Assembly (NCBI GenBank): GCA_977020255.1
Contig: CDROCS010000462.1
Span: 1 to 64,000 of the forward strand
From: Obrimoposthia wandeli
Lineage: Eukaryota
Reading direction: 5' to 3'
Length of the DNA stretch: 64,000 bases
The notes under the pieces are model-generated. The model had not been told where the DNA came from, searched no databases, and worked only from the letters and a program-made list of their open reading frames with translations. Both the position numbers and the translations under genes were made by a program. This document shows, piece after piece, positions 10,092-17,899 of the stretch (its first letter is position 1; each line of letters starts with the position of its first letter).

Positions 10092-11222
10092 ATGATAATG
10101 AAAACTGCAACCGCCTCATCTGAAGGCTTGATCGTCAATTGGGCTGACGGAAGTGAAAAAACCTTCCCCTGGCTTTGGATTATGGATCACGGTGAAGACC
10201 AAAAAAGCGTGAATCACAAAACATTACAAAGAAACGTTGATACATTCGCTCTCAATCAAACCTTGAGAGGAGAGCATGTGACGTTGCTTGACCAAGAGCA
10301 GCAAATTAGCATTAGCTGGAACAATGGCGAACAAACGACTATTTCTTGTTTACGACTCGCACAGGTTGTCGCTAAAGCACGAGATGACGATCAACTATCC
10401 CTAGCGACTGACAAAGTGCTCTGGCAACAAGATAGCATGCTCAGTGACATACCCAGTATCGGCTATCAAGAAATCGTCGCGGGTGACCAAGGCGTGCTTA
10501 ACTGGTTAAACCAAATTGATCGATACGGATTCTGTTTGGTAACGGATACGCAAGCAACCGAGCAAGGAACCATTGATTTAGCAGAGCGCCTTGCTCCAGC
10601 CCAACGCACTATTTTTGGTACTTATTGGCCATTATCTTCCGATATTAAACATCACGACGATACGGCTTATACTACTCAGTTTTTATCACCCCATACCGAT
10701 GCGTCCTATCACAGCAATGCACCGGGGTTACAGATGTTCAATTGCCTAGTGTTTGATGGCCAAGGAGGTGAAAGCATTGTCGTAGACGGTTTCGCTATTG
10801 CTAAAAAAATTCATCAAGAGCGACCAGATCTTTACCAAATACTCTGTGAGGTGAATGTCCCTGGGCATTATAAAGAGCCCAATGTCCACTTATCGGCCCA
10901 GCGTCCAGCTATTCGGCACGATCGTCACGGCGATCTTGAGCAAGTTACCTTCAATAATTATGACCGCTCAGCATTTTTATTACCGGATGCACAACAAACA
11001 CTGTTTTACGAGGCGTACGCAGAGTTCAATCGCCACAGTATGGATCAAGCCAATTGGATTAAAATTCCTCTACGACCCGGTATGGCCCTTATTTTTGACA
11101 ACTGGCGCTGCCTACACGGAAGGATGTCCTATTCGGGAAAACGTAATTTCTATGGCTGCTATCATGACCATGCAGAATACCAAAGCAGGGTACGCACCTT
11201 ACAAAAGACACTTTCCTCTTAA
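10092..11222 (+). CDS. Fe(II)/2-oxoglutarate dioxygenase, trimethyllysine dioxygenase / gamma-butyrobetaine hydroxylase-like (TauD family)
   Basis: HTD iron motif, WRCLHGR, N-terminal WIMDH..KTLQR region resembling TMLD. Confidence 0.85.
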   Translation: MIMKTATASSEGLIVNWADGSEKTFPWLWIMDHGEDQKSVNHKTLQRNVDTFALNQTLRGEHVTLLDQEQQISISWNNGEQTTISCLRLAQVVAKARDDDQLSLATDKVLWQQDSMLSDIPSIGYQEIVAGDQGVLNWLNQIDRYGFCLVTDTQATEQGTIDLAERLAPAQRTIFGTYWPLSSDIKHHDDTAYTTQFLSPHTDASYHSNAPGLQMFNCLVFDGQGGESIVVDGFAIAKKIHQERPDLYQILCEVNVPGHYKEPNVHLSAQRPAIRHDRHGDLEQVTFNNYDRSAFLLPDAQQTLFYEAYAEFNRHSMDQANWIKIPLRPGMALIFDNWRCLHGRMSYSGKRNFYGCYHDHAEYQSRVRTLQKTLSS

Positions 11223-11260
11223 AAAGGAAGCGATCTAAAAAGTAATCCAAATTAGTTTCA

Positions 11261-11296
11261 AAATACCCCTTATCACTCGTCGAGTGAGGGGTATTT
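11261..11296. terminator. Hairpin between convergent genes
   Basis: aaatacccct..tcactcg / cgagtga.ggggtattt nested inverted repeat. Confidence 0.6.
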
Positions 11297-11446
11297 AATG
11301 ACTCTGGCTACCTAGTAAGATCGCTCAAACAGTACTATTTCTATCAAGTTCACACGAGCTAAGTTGAATATTCAAAGCGTATTTCATGTTATAAAAGGAC
11401 AGTAATATCTGATTACAAAACACTACCACCTTAATTTTCAGGCCTC

Positions 11447-12076
11447 TTATAAGCTCTCTAACCCTAACATTGACTGCACTGAAGAAACGCCAAGTTCTAT
11501 CAATTCGTCATGTTCAAAAAGCTCTATCGCCATACAACCTTCAACCCACAGACCATCAATTAGCGCGTTAACGGCAATGGCATACCTTTCGATTTGTCGA
11601 TTATCTAGCTCTCGCCCGCACTCGATAAGCACCTCTCGTATCAATACCTCACAGCTATTGCGAAACTCTAGGTAGGCTTCACGATGAATTTCTGCAATTT
11701 CAGGCACCGCAGTCATCAAACTGGTAAATGATGCCCACAACTGGTGGTTTCGCGGTTGCATGACAGGAGGTTTCAACGAGGTTTCAATGAAGAACCGCAA
11801 CTTGGCAGAAGGGGTTAATTCACTATAACCCAACGTCTGTTTTGCCTGTTGAGTCATGGTAGACATGGTCGCTTGATAAGCGGCGCGAAGGAGTGACACT
11901 TTATCGGGAAAATAGTGGCGTACTAAGCCCGGAGTAACACCGGCAATATCGGCTACTTTACGGATTGTCGCAGCACCTATGCCACCTTCTATTATGCATT
12001 CTTGGGTTGCAGCAATTAAATCGCCGCGTCTCTCTGCTTCGCTAGCGCGGCGAAATGATCGTCGTGGGGTCGTCAT
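11447..12076 (-). CDS. TetR family regulator, BetI-like (paralog of 6787-7428)
   Basis: HTH IRKVADIAGVTPGLVRHYF; ALIDGLWVE. Confidence 0.88.
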   Translation of the reverse strand: MTTPRRSFRRASEAERRGDLIAATQECIIEGGIGAATIRKVADIAGVTPGLVRHYFPDKVSLLRAAYQATMSTMTQQAKQTLGYSELTPSAKLRFFIETSLKPPVMQPRNHQLWASFTSLMTAVPEIAEIHREAYLEFRNSCEVLIREVLIECGRELDNRQIERYAIAVNALIDGLWVEGCMAIELFEHDELIELGVSSVQSMLGLESL

Positions 12077-12158
12077 AGTATCGGGATTCCAGCAATAGTC
12101 GACACACTCTACTCGGTTTTAATAGCTTCACCAAATTTATCAACATAACTATTGCTTG

Positions 12159-12174
12159 TTATACAAATGAGTAA
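12159..12174. promoter_or_regulatory. Putative TetR operator 3 (TTATACA-AA-TGAGTAA) in the tetR/ABC divergent promoter
   Basis: 15 of 16 positions identical to the site at 10059. Confidence 0.65.
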
Positions 12175-12206
12175 TAGTATCGAGCGATAACTTTCGAGGT
12201 AAAGCT

Positions 12207-13016
12207 ATGCTGGCAAGCGACAATAAAAAACAAATATTTGCCAATTCAACCACCCGCGAAGAGGCGATTAGCATCCGTGGTTTGAGAAAATCATTTGGTG
12301 GTATTGAAGTATTAAAAGGCGTTGATTTAACTGCAAAACAAGGCGACATCATCGCCATTATAGGTGGTAGTGGTTCCGGAAAATCTACCCTGCTACGCTG
12401 CATCAATCTACTGGAAATCCCCTCGGCAGGCGAGGTCGCTATCAATGGCGAAGTCATCCGCATGAAGCAAACCAAAGAAGGTCCAAAACCCGCCGACAAA
12501 CAGCAAGTTAAACGACTCAGATCAAAATTAGCCATGGTTTTCCAGAGTTTTAACTTGTGGCAACATATGACGCTGCTGGAGAATCTAATTGCCGCTCCCA
12601 CTATCGTGCATGGCACCGATAAAAACACTGCTACCCAGCTGGCGAAGCAGTTATTAAAGCGAGTAGGACTTAGCGATAAAGAACAAAGTTACCCCGCATT
12701 CTTATCCGGTGGTCAGCAGCAGCGTGTTGCGATCGCCAGAGCCGTTGCCGTCCAACCCAGTGTCATGCTATTTGATGAGCCCACCTCAGCACTAGACCCC
12801 GAACTCGTTGGAGAAGTCCTCAAGGTCATTGAAGATTTGGCGAATGAAGGTCGCACCATGATATTGGTGACACATGAGATGAAATTTGCCCGTGAAGTTG
12901 CTAGCCACGTAGTCTTTCTTTATCAAGGAGTAATTGAAGAAGAGGGCCCTGCTGAGCAAATATTTAATAGGCCAAAATCAGAACGTTTGAAACAATTTAT
13001 CAGTTCAGTTCAATAA
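12207..13016 (+). CDS. Polar amino-acid ABC transporter ATPase (HisP-like)
   Basis: GGSGSGKST, LSGGQQQR, FDEPTSALDPE, VTHEM. Confidence 0.92.
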   Translation: MLASDNKKQIFANSTTREEAISIRGLRKSFGGIEVLKGVDLTAKQGDIIAIIGGSGSGKSTLLRCINLLEIPSAGEVAINGEVIRMKQTKEGPKPADKQQVKRLRSKLAMVFQSFNLWQHMTLLENLIAAPTIVHGTDKNTATQLAKQLLKRVGLSDKEQSYPAFLSGGQQQRVAIARAVAVQPSVMLFDEPTSALDPELVGEVLKVIEDLANEGRTMILVTHEMKFAREVASHVVFLYQGVIEEEGPAEQIFNRPKSERLKQFISSVQ

Positions 13017-13056
13017 GCGCTGTAAACACCGTTTTACCATTAGGAGATAATAACAA

Positions 13057-13839
13057 ATGAAGATTCTAAATAAACACGCCATCGCCGGCGCCTTGATGGC
13101 GATAGTCGCAGCACCCTCTGCATTCGCCGATGTTGTAAAGGTCGGCATTGCTGCTGAGCCCTATCCTCCCTTCGCCTCAACAGATGTCTCTGGTAAATGG
13201 CAAGGCTGGGAAATCGATATGATTGGCGCTATTTGTGAGACGGCTAAGCTCGATTGCAAAATTACTCCCATCGCTTGGGATGGCATTATACCCGCACTAA
13301 ACAGTAAAAAAATTGACGTGGTTATGGCATCATTATCCATTACCCCCGATCGTCTTAAAGTTATCGACTTCTCTGACAAATACTACAACACTCCCGCTGT
13401 CATTATTGGCGACAAGAATGTTGATATTGGTGTTACCGCCGACAGCATGAAAGGCAAAATCCTCGGTGTGCAAAGTGGTACTATCCACCGTAAATATGTA
13501 CTAAAACACTTTGCTGATGCCGCCGATAGCATCAAAGAATACCAAACTCAAGATGAGGCAAATCAAGATTTAGTTGCCGGTCGTATTGACGCTTTACAAG
13601 CCGACTCTCTCGCCATGATGGATTTTGTAAATTCAGAGCAAGGTAAAATGTGCTGTGAAATTAAAGGCGAAGTCGCCGCTGATTTAGATGTCCTAGGCCC
13701 AGGTGTTGGCGCGGGTATGCGCAAAGGTGAGGACGCTTTGAAAACCGCTATAAATGGCGCGATCAAAACCTTACGCGACAACGGTAAATACATGGAAATT
13801 TCTAAAAAGTACTTCAGCTTTGACCCATACGGAAGCTAA
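13057..13839 (+). CDS. Polar amino-acid ABC substrate-binding protein (HisJ/ArgT-like)
   Basis: Signal peptide ending AFA; EPYPPF, AWDGIIPAL, SLSITPDR. Confidence 0.9.
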   Translation: MKILNKHAIAGALMAIVAAPSAFADVVKVGIAAEPYPPFASTDVSGKWQGWEIDMIGAICETAKLDCKITPIAWDGIIPALNSKKIDVVMASLSITPDRLKVIDFSDKYYNTPAVIIGDKNVDIGVTADSMKGKILGVQSGTIHRKYVLKHFADAADSIKEYQTQDEANQDLVAGRIDALQADSLAMMDFVNSEQGKMCCEIKGEVAADLDVLGPGVGAGMRKGEDALKTAINGAIKTLRDNGKYMEISKKYFSFDPYGS

Positions 13840-13854
13840 CGTATTCAAAAATAG

Positions 13855-13873
13855 CGACCTAGCCACTAGGTCG
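13855..13873 (+). terminator. Intercistronic hairpin after the SBP gene
   Basis: cgacctag-cca-ctaggtcg followed by tcatttt. Confidence 0.5.
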
Positions 13874-13926
13874 TCATTTTGAGCTTTATTTACGCCTAGC
13901 ACCTTATTATCACTTATTGATCCCTC

Positions 13927-14676
13927 TTGGGAGAGTCCATTTTGGATAGCATAGCTTCGTTTTTCGACAGTTTACAACTACTCGCGCTAACGCCTCCCGG
14001 CTGGGGTGGGAATTTATTGAGGGGTTTACTACACTCCTTAGAAATCGCCTTAGGTGGATATTCTCTCGGCCTGATTATTGGTGTTTTAGGTGCTTGCGGA
14101 AAACTCTATGCTGGCGTATTTACACGAGACACTCTCTCTTGCTACACCACATTAGTACGTGCGGTACCTGAACTCATTCTCATTTTGTTGTTCTACTATG
14201 CCGGTACTGACTTGATCAACCAATTGATGTTTTTACTCGGTAGAGATGCAGTCGATATCAATGGTTTAGTAGCCGGCATCTTCGTTATTGGCTTAGTCCA
14301 AGGCGCCTACGCCACTGAAGTGATCCGCGGTGCGATATTAGCGGTACCAAAAGGGCAAATTGAAGCGGCCACAGCTTACGGATTTTCGTTTTGGCAGACC
14401 ATGCGTCGTATCACACTACCCGCCATGCTCCCTTACGCGATCCCCGGTCTGGCAAATCTTTGGTTGATCGCAACGAAAGATACAGCCTTATTAGCCGTTG
14501 TCGGTTTTAGTGAACTCACCTTAGAAACCAAACAAGCAGCCGGTTCAACCAAACACTACATGTTATTTTACTGTGCCGCTGGCGTGCTGTATTTGATGGT
14601 CACGTTAATGTCTAATCAGCTAATTCAGCGCATTGAAAAATGGTCGAGACGTGGGTTTTCGCAGGAGCGAACATAA
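13927..14676 (+). CDS. Polar amino-acid ABC permease (HisQ-like)
   Basis: RAVPELIL, GAYATEVIRGA, GQIEAATAYG; TTG start uncertain. Confidence 0.88.
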   Translation: MGESILDSIASFFDSLQLLALTPPGWGGNLLRGLLHSLEIALGGYSLGLIIGVLGACGKLYAGVFTRDTLSCYTTLVRAVPELILILLFYYAGTDLINQLMFLLGRDAVDINGLVAGIFVIGLVQGAYATEVIRGAILAVPKGQIEAATAYGFSFWQTMRRITLPAMLPYAIPGLANLWLIATKDTALLAVVGFSELTLETKQAAGSTKHYMLFYCAAGVLYLMVTLMSNQLIQRIEKWSRRGFSQERT

Positions 14677-15449
14677 TGATCACTGCTCAGCCATTTTGGA
14701 GTCCACATCGATTTATTCTCGCCGGTATTGGTATTGCGATTGTTACCAGCTGCGCTATTTTCATGCGCTGGGACTGGCTACCCGACTACTACGAGATCAT
14801 ATTAGAAGGTATCTGGCGAACCATTTGGCTGTTAATTGCCAGTGTGACCATTGGCTTTGCCTTAGCCCTACCTATTGGTCTGGTCCAAGTAACTGGGCCT
14901 AAACCGCTCGCTATCTTAGCCCGTCAATTTTGCACTATTATTCGCGGCACTCCGCTGTTGTTACAATTGTGGTTACTCTACTACGGTTTAGGCTCGGTAT
15001 TCGCAACCATTCCGGAAATTCGCGGTTCAGCTATGTGGCCTTATCTGCGCCAAGCTTGGCCTTATGCCTTGCTATGTTTAACCCTGTCGTTTGCCGCTTA
15101 CGAAGCTGAAATTATGCGCGGTGCTTTCCTTGGTGTCCCTAAAGGCGAAATTGAAGCGGCGCGGGCGTTTGGCTTTAGTGAAACACAATTATTTCGTAAA
15201 GTTTGGCTACCTAGGGCCATCCAACGCGCGCTGCCAACACTGGGCGGCGAGGTCGTTCTACAACTCAAGGCAACACCACTGGTCGCTACCATTACCATGA
15301 TTGATGTTTACGGTGCCTTCTCAAAGGTTCGCCAAGACATATTTATTACTTATGAGCCATTACTGCTGCTCGCTTTGATATACATGATGATTGCCGGTTT
15401 ATTAGTAATGATATTCCGCTACTTGGAAAATCGGACTCCTACTCAATAA
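14676..15449 (+). CDS. Polar amino-acid ABC permease (HisM-like)
   Basis: IRGTPLLLQL, AAYEAEIMRG, GEIEAARAFG; start set at the TAATG overlap. Confidence 0.88.
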   Translation: MITAQPFWSPHRFILAGIGIAIVTSCAIFMRWDWLPDYYEIILEGIWRTIWLLIASVTIGFALALPIGLVQVTGPKPLAILARQFCTIIRGTPLLLQLWLLYYGLGSVFATIPEIRGSAMWPYLRQAWPYALLCLTLSFAAYEAEIMRGAFLGVPKGEIEAARAFGFSETQLFRKVWLPRAIQRALPTLGGEVVLQLKATPLVATITMIDVYGAFSKVRQDIFITYEPLLLLALIYMMIAGLLVMIFRYLENRTPTQ

Positions 15450-15497
15450 CTTATTATCATTAGCTCACTGGCACCGGCTTTCTCCGATAACAACGAG

Positions 15498-15526
15498 AAG
15501 AGCTGTAATATTTATTTACAGCTCTT
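15498..15526 (+). terminator. Hairpin ending the ABC operon
   Basis: aagagctgtaa / ttacagctctt 11-bp stem. Confidence 0.6.
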
Positions 15527-15840
15527 TCGGTTTCAAACTGTCAGCTGTTAATTGGCGCCATCAACGGTAGCTATTTTCATGTAGGTTAAGCTCTATTCTT
15601 CGATAACGCCACAAACCTTCAATCGATCCTATTCAATACTACGATCTGCAATTTTTTACTCTATATTTTTTACATGGGCCGAAGTTATTACTATGCATGC
15701 CGTCTTCACAGCGGCTCAAGTCACCGGACTTTTTCCTATCATTAAGCACTGTCACTTCATGATTTATATGAAATTTGGCAAGAAATGTTTAGTATAGTTA
15801 ACGAAAGGTCTTTAACTCACATCCTATACAAGGCGCACCA

Positions 15841-16980
15841 ATGATACTCACCGTTTTCTTTTGTGGTACAGGCTCCAACAGTAATGACCATAATAATAAC
15901 GCATATTTCAACGGCGAATTAGTTTCTACTTTAGCCAAGAACCATAAGGGCCAAGAGTATCGCGATTACATAATTGTTGATGGTGTGGGTAGTCATAACC
16001 AGTCAGAATGGATGAAATTTAGCGATTGTAAAACTTACAATTTCATTCAAGGCACTCTCGGATTTGGCATAGAGAGCAATGTCGAACACGTTAAGAACAT
16101 TCTATTAGGTAACGTTAATAACATTGCGAACAGCACTTACAAAGATAGAGCCAGCGACATGTTAAGCGAGTCCAAGCCATTCTTTTTTAAAAATAAATGG
16201 AAGCGAGAAAGAGACGAATTAGCGGGTGATTTAAGTGCCCATATGAATCATCTGATGCAAAGAAATTCAGCATTTTCTGAGGTAACACAAGTTAATTTGA
16301 TCGGTTGGAGTCGAGGTGGAGTCACTTGTTTTGAGCTTGCGAATGCCATGGCAAACCATCCTCATCTCAAGAAAATTGAGGTAAATATCTTCGCACTAGA
16401 CCCCGTACCTGGCGGAGTCAATAAGTTTAAAACCATTAAGAATCTGCAATCCAACGTCAAAAACTTTGTCGCTATATACGCCGCAGATGAAAGATCGGTA
16501 GCTTTTACTGCTCTATTGCCCACCTTAAGTAATAGTACTGTTTCTTATACCACGACCATGCCTGGATCTCATGCCACGTTAGTTGGCAACGATGCCTGTC
16601 CGTCTTTCAAAAGGGCGAATTTAACCCGCGTAGGAAAAATAACCAGAGACTTTGCTGAAAAAGTACTTTCTCATTGGGGCGCCAGCTTCAAGCAACAATC
16701 TCATTATAGCGCTGAACAATTAAAGACTTTATATTTTCAAATTGGACTTCGTTTGGATGCATACGAATCAAGACAAAATCAGACCTATACCATTAAGCAG
16801 CTATTTGTTAACAGCGCAGATGATCGAGTACAAAATGGATCTGCTGCACAGTTATTACCTCAGTCAAAAAAAATAAATGACATTACTGTGATAAACAAAC
16901 ACCACGAGGATATATTGAAAAATAAACCTTTCGCTATCAATGGTAATATGAAGACGCTCACGAACCGCTGTCACTCATAA
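15841..16980 (+). CDS. Alpha/beta hydrolase resembling DUF2235/Tle1 lipase effectors; candidate T6SS effector
   Basis: FFCGTGSN, DGVGS, GWSRGG nucleophile elbow, ALDPVPG, ADER, PGSH; no signal peptide; AT-rich; next to PAAR. Confidence 0.6.
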   Translation: MILTVFFCGTGSNSNDHNNNAYFNGELVSTLAKNHKGQEYRDYIIVDGVGSHNQSEWMKFSDCKTYNFIQGTLGFGIESNVEHVKNILLGNVNNIANSTYKDRASDMLSESKPFFFKNKWKRERDELAGDLSAHMNHLMQRNSAFSEVTQVNLIGWSRGGVTCFELANAMANHPHLKKIEVNIFALDPVPGGVNKFKTIKNLQSNVKNFVAIYAADERSVAFTALLPTLSNSTVSYTTTMPGSHATLVGNDACPSFKRANLTRVGKITRDFAEKVLSHWGASFKQQSHYSAEQLKTLYFQIGLRLDAYESRQNQTYTIKQLFVNSADDRVQNGSAAQLLPQSKKINDITVINKHHEDILKNKPFAINGNMKTLTNRCHS

Positions 16981-17009
16981 ACCCTATCCACTGAAGGTCA
17001 AAGCTCTTT

Positions 17010-17309
17010 TTAGCCTCCTATCATCACTGTCGGGCAACCCAAAACAATAGAGCCTCCATGTGCGGTACTATCACCCATTCGCGCAGCTGGCTTGCCACCA
17101 ATCAATACGGTGGCGCTGCCTTTAACAATACTATCTGGTGGACCGACACAGACACACATATCCCCCACCCCTGCAGCGGGCATCTTACCGATCAGTACCG
17201 TCGGTGCGCCCGGGCCTACAATAGGGCCGCCGACGTGAGGAATAGGTACCACGGCTGGTGTCTGCATCGGGCAAACGTGCATATCTGTCAGGCGCGCTGC
17301 TAAAGTCAT
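17010..17309 (-). CDS. PAAR-repeat spike protein
   Basis: LAARLTD, MPAAGVGD, KPAARMGD with conserved His/Cys. Confidence 0.92.
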   Translation of the reverse strand: MTLAARLTDMHVCPMQTPAVVPIPHVGGPIVGPGAPTVLIGKMPAAGVGDMCVCVGPPDSIVKGSATVLIGGKPAARMGDSTAHGGSIVLGCPTVMIGG

Positions 17310-17899
17310 TTTTCAGCTCCTACAACCGTTTTTAATATCCCTTTACCACCATGAGCAAGATCTTCAGCTAGTGTACGGGCATCACGGTAGTACGCTTGGT
17401 AGCTTTGCCACTCAGGTTTTAATGCTGCAGTATTGATCGCTCCCGCCACCGCTTTAGCATAGAGATATGGTGCTGGTAATACTTCAGGTTGATCGGTGCC
17501 TGCGATACTGCCCGCGCCACTCCAAAATACCGCTTGTGCCAACCAGCCCATGGCACAGCTATGCCCTAACGTTTGCACACGTTGCTCTATCAATCGACGC
17601 TTGGTCTCCTCTGGCTCCAACACCCAATTTTTGCAGTGCAGCAGAGTATCACGCTCTAAATCACTCCAGTCGTCCCAGCGCAATTCCAGCACGATGGCAC
17701 ACCACCAAATAGATTCGCGCATTGGCAGTGCATGAGCAACATAATTAGTCAGGTCGATAAAATAAGCGGCATCGTACAATTGCCCTATCGTTTGCTCCGG
17801 AGTGTTTTGTCGATCTATCACCTCCTGCGCATCTTCTGAAGGTTCTATCCGCGACCAAATTACTTCACTACTGGAAAAAGGTATTTTTTTATAACTCAT
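17306..17899 (-). CDS. T6SS spike-associated protein (DUF6931-like)
   Basis: AHALPMRESIWWCA and AQAVFWSGAGSI motifs; coupled between vgrG and PAAR. Confidence 0.65.
   Translation of the reverse strand: MSYKKIPFSSSEVIWSRIEPSEDAQEVIDRQNTPEQTIGQLYDAAYFIDLTNYVAHALPMRESIWWCAIVLELRWDDWSDLERDTLLHCKNWVLEPEETKRRLIEQRVQTLGHSCAMGWLAQAVFWSGAGSIAGTDQPEVLPAPYLYAKAVAGAINTAALKPEWQSYQAYYRDARTLAEDLAHGGKGILKTVVGAEK

Noticed and set aside
15775-15795. Sigma-54-like TTGGCA upstream of the lipase-like gene
   Set aside because: No TTGC at the -12 position
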